A stretch of DNA of 64,000 nucleotides from Malacoraja senta. Lineage: Eukaryota. The DNA lies in the NCBI GenBank assembly GCA_038087875.1, contig CM075996.1, positions 5,396,001 through 5,460,000 on the forward strand, read 5' to 3'. Position 1 is the first letter of the stretch. Every line of letters starts with the position of its first letter. Of the stretch, positions 60,144 through 64,000 are shown one piece after another. The notes under the pieces are model-generated. The model was given only the letters and a program-made list of their open reading frames with translations, was not told the DNA's origin and did no database searches. A program made the translations under genes and the position numbers.

Positions 60144-61045
60144 GGAGAGAGGGGAGGGGGAGAGGGGAGAGGGGGGGGGGAGAGGGGGGGGAGAGGGGAG
60201 AGGAGAGGGGAGAGGAGAGGGGAGAGGAGGGGGGAGAGGAGGGGGGAGAGGAGGGGGAGGAGAGGGGAGAGGAGAGGGGAGAGGAGGAGGGGGAGGGGGA
60301 GAGGGGGAGAGGAGAGGAGGAGGGGGAGAGGAGGGGGGTGGAGAGCTGGGGAGAGGGGAGGGAGGGAGGGGAGAGGAGGAGGGAGAGAGGAGAGGGGAGA
60401 GGAGGAGGGGGAGGGGAGGGGGGAGGAGAGGGGAGAGGAGGGGGGGAGGGGGAGAAGAGGGGAGGGGGAGAGGGGGAGAGGAGGGGGGGAGAGGGGAGGG
60501 AGAGGGGAGGAGAGAGGAGGGAGAGAGGAGGAGGAAAGGAGGAAGGGAGGGGAGGACAGGAGGGGGAGAGTGGAGGGAGAGAGGAGGGGGAGAGGAGGGG
60601 GGTGGAGAGCGGGGGGAGAGCGGAGGGAGGGGGGAGGAGAGAGGAGGGAGAGAGGAGGAGGAAAGGAGGAAGGGAGGGGAGGACAGGAGGGGGAGAGGAG
60701 GGGGTGGAGAGCGGGGGAGAGCGGAGGGGGGGGGGGAGAGAGGAGGGGAGAGAGGAGGAGGAAAGGAGGAAGGGAGGAGAGGACAGGAGGGGGAGAGTGG
60801 AGGGAGAGAGGGGAAGGAGGGGGAGAGGAGGAGGGAGGAGAGGAAGAGGGGGAGGGGGAGGAGAGGGGGGAGGAGGAGGGAGATGGAGGGAAAGAGGAGG
60901 GGGAGGGGCAGGGGGAGAGGTGGGGAATGGGGACAGGGGAATAAGGAAGGGAGGGGGGTGGAGGAGGGGAGAGGAGGAGGAGAAGGGGAGGGGGAGAAGG
61001 GGGAGGGGAGAGGAGGAGAAGGAAGGGGAGAGGGAGGGGGAGGGG
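60141..61045. repeat. ~900-bp homopurine (G/A) low-complexity tract
   Basis: Almost entirely G and A, with a ~100-130-bp higher-order unit repeated about three times. Confidence 0.97.
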
Positions 61046-64000
61046 ATCGCATGGGCACCTCCGCTCCTCCACTACAGCGGCGGGGGTGGGGGCGAGGGCG
61101 AGGTTCAGGCAGTAAGGTACACACACACACTGTCAGGCTTCCAGCATAAACACATACAGCTCGGCAAACGCGCACAGCTTTGGATCTTTGACCAGATTAT
61201 ATTCCCCCCACGTGCTTGAGCGAGTTTTCCTGCATTCACAAAATAATCCATGTTTACTAGCTGGGTGTCTGTTACGAGACAGAAAGACATGTATCCAATT
61301 GTGTAGGAAGGAACTGCAGATGCTGGATTAAATCGAAGATGGACACAAAATGCTGGAGTAACTCAGCGGGTCAGGCAACATCTCTGGAGAGAAGGAATAG
61401 GTGATTTTTCGGGTCACCTATTCCTTTTCTCCAGAGATGCTGCCTGACCCGCTGAGTTACTCCAGCATTTTGTGTCCATCTTCATGTATCCAAATATTCC
61501 TAATTGCCTTTCTAAATATTCCTAATTACAGTTTTACTGTTCTTTTTTGTTTTATAAACCTTGTTTCTCGGGGTATCTAAATTGTATTAGTTGTTTAAGT
61601 TATGACATCGGATGGAAGCTGCATACCAAATCTCGTTGCACCTATGTGCAATGACAATAAAATATATTATTATTATTAAAGCTGGAGGTGATCAGAATTG
61701 CTCCAGCCCTCCTACTTAAAGCACTACTCTGGGCTAGGAGCTGTGGCATTTAGGATTAGATAAACAATTGTCCCTTTATGATTCTCATTTAGAGTCGTCG
61801 AGTCATAGAACGTGGAAACTGGCCCTTCGGCCCAACTTGCTCACACCGACCAACATGTCTCATGTAGTCCCACCTGTCTGCATTTGGCCCATATCCCTCC
61901 AAACCTGTCCTATCCATGTACCTGTCCAAATGTTTCTGAAACGTTGCGATTGTCCCTGCCTCAACTACCTCTTCCCGGCAGCTCGTTCCATTCACCCATC
62001 AGAACATTTACATTTTAAAAAAAGTTGTGTTCACTAAAAGTTATGGTCACTAACTTCAGAAAGATCTTTCACTGGCACTTCAACCACTTGCCAACCCGTT
62101 TCCTAAGTTTAGGACCAATATTACCCCTTCTTGTGTAGGAGGGAACTGTAGATGCTGGTTTACACCGAAGATAGACACAAAATGCTGGGGTAACTCAGCA
62201 GGATGGGCGGCATCTCTGGAGAGAAGGAATGGAAGGATAGAAGAAACGTCACCCATTCCTTCTATCCAAAGATGCTGCCTGTCCTGCTGAGTTACTCCAG
62301 CATTTTGTGTCTATCTCGCCTTTCTTGGGTCTGACCATCTATGCAGTGGGTCAAAATATCCTCCTGGATGTATTTAAAAAAAAATCCCACTTCCCTCTCT
62401 GCCTTTCACACTGAAGCAATCCCACTTAAAACTGGGAAAGTTAGAAATCCCCTGGGATGTAATCCCATTAGTCTAACACAAGGTCATAAGTGATAGGAGC
62501 AGAATTAGGCTATTCGGCCCAACATTCAATCATGGCTGATCTATCTCTCCCTCCTAACCCCATTCTCCTGCCTTCTCCCTATACCGGTCACCTGTACTAG
62601 TCAAGAATCTATCTATCTCTGCCTTAAAAATATCCATTGACTAGGCCTCCACAGCCTTCTGTGGCAAAGAATTCCACAGATTCACCACCGTCTGACTAAA
62701 GAAATTCCTCCTCATCTCCTTCTTAAAGGAACGTCCTTTAATTCTGAGGTTATGATCTCTAGCCCTAGACTCTCCCTCTTAGACAATAGACAATAGGTGC
62801 AGGAGTAGGCCATTCGGCCCTTCGAGCCAGCACCGCCATTCAATGTGATCATGGCTGATCATCCCCAATCAGTACCGCGTTCCTGCCTTCTCCCCATATC
62901 CCCCGACTCCGCTATTTTTAAGAGCTCTATCTAGCTCTCTGTTGAAAGCATCCAGAGAACCTGCCTCCACCGCCCTCTGAGGCAGAGAATTCCACTTCTC
63001 CTCTTGTGGAAACATCCTCTCTATCCAAGCTTTTCATTATTCGTTAAGTTCCAATGAGGTCCCCCCTTCATCCTTCTAAACTCCAGCGAGTACAGGCCCA
63101 GTGACGTCAAACATTTCTCCTTAATGGTCTACATGTCTGTTCTATCTCCTGCAGACTGTATTGTACCAGAGCAAAATGATGGACCTTTTTTCTGTTTCTA
63201 AGATTCACCCACATCATCTCATTCAAAGAGCTTTCTAAGATATTCTCCCTCATTGCTAGTGTCGGACTCAATCAGAATTCCAATGCCACCTCCCCTACAC
63301 ATCCCACATACACCACAAGATTCTATCCCCGGGATTGTTCTGCGTCTTGTCCTGCCTCCAGTGATGTCCCTGGGATAGTAACCTAGAATCGTAGAGCCAC
63401 GCCGCACAGCACAGGCCCTTCGGCCCAAATCCTCCATGCTGACAGTGATGTCTCTCCGCACTAATCCCATTTGCCCGCGTAATGCCAGTATACCTTCAAT
63501 TTCTTTCCTGTCCAAATGCTTTTAAAATGTTGGAATTGTACCTGCCTCTACCACCACCTTTGGGCAGAAACTATAGAGGACCAGGATGAAAATCACAGTG
63601 AAAGGCCAGGAACACTAAATGATGATTCTGTTCCACTCATCATTCTGATACAATGTCATCATGCTGAAGTGATAACTTCAGAGATGCGACCTGGTGTATG
63701 TTTACATACTCTGTTGTGCAGTAGGAATTTCATTGTCCTATCTGGGACACATGACAATAAAACACTCTTGACTCTTGGTGTGCGAAGGATTTGTTATTCT
63801 TATTATTTATTCATATTGAAGGATGTGAACATCACTGGCATTTAGTGCCCATCCCTGAATGTCCTTGCGATTATGTTGTGGCATCTCTACAGTCCCTCTG
63901 GTGAAGGTTCTCCCACGGTGAAGCTGGGGAGCAAGGGCTGTGTACGGTTGCGATGGCTTCTGCCTTGTCTTTAGCACTCACAGGAGTTCACTGCAACTGA

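Noticed and set aside
59898..61219. Long Pro/Ser-rich and Gly/Glu/Arg-rich ORFs (279-434 aa)
   Set aside because: They arise from the stop-free homopurine tract and are open in several frames on both strands.

Overview
Repeat-rich vertebrate genomic DNA, most likely from a cartilaginous fish such as a skate or ray (inferred from the repeat complement). A CpG-rich bidirectional promoter (~25.3-26.5 kb) drives PHF5A (minus strand; coding exons 1-2 found, exons 3-4 not found in the window) and mitochondrial aconitase ACO2 (plus strand; coding exons 1-12 found, all GT-AG and in frame). A canonical iron-responsive element overlaps the ACO2 start codon. A 200-N gap at 57932-58131 cuts ACO2 off. Beyond it lie exon 1 of PMM1 (minus strand) and a ~900-bp homopurine tract, so the gap must hide far more than 200 bp. 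The rest is intron packed with transposons: CR1 and Rex1/Babar LINEs, V-domain and Deu-domain SINEs, two Tc1 relics, Harbinger-like MITEs, two Helitron-like elements, a THAP-bearing ISL2EU-like fold-back element and an RTE-like short element. The most notable signal is more than 25 short Penelope-derived terminal repeats, several of which retain a minimal hammerhead-ribozyme core (CUGAAGA-stem II-GAAA-CG-UH), some in the sense orientation of the host pre-mRNAs. All calls are from reading the sequence; no searches were run.
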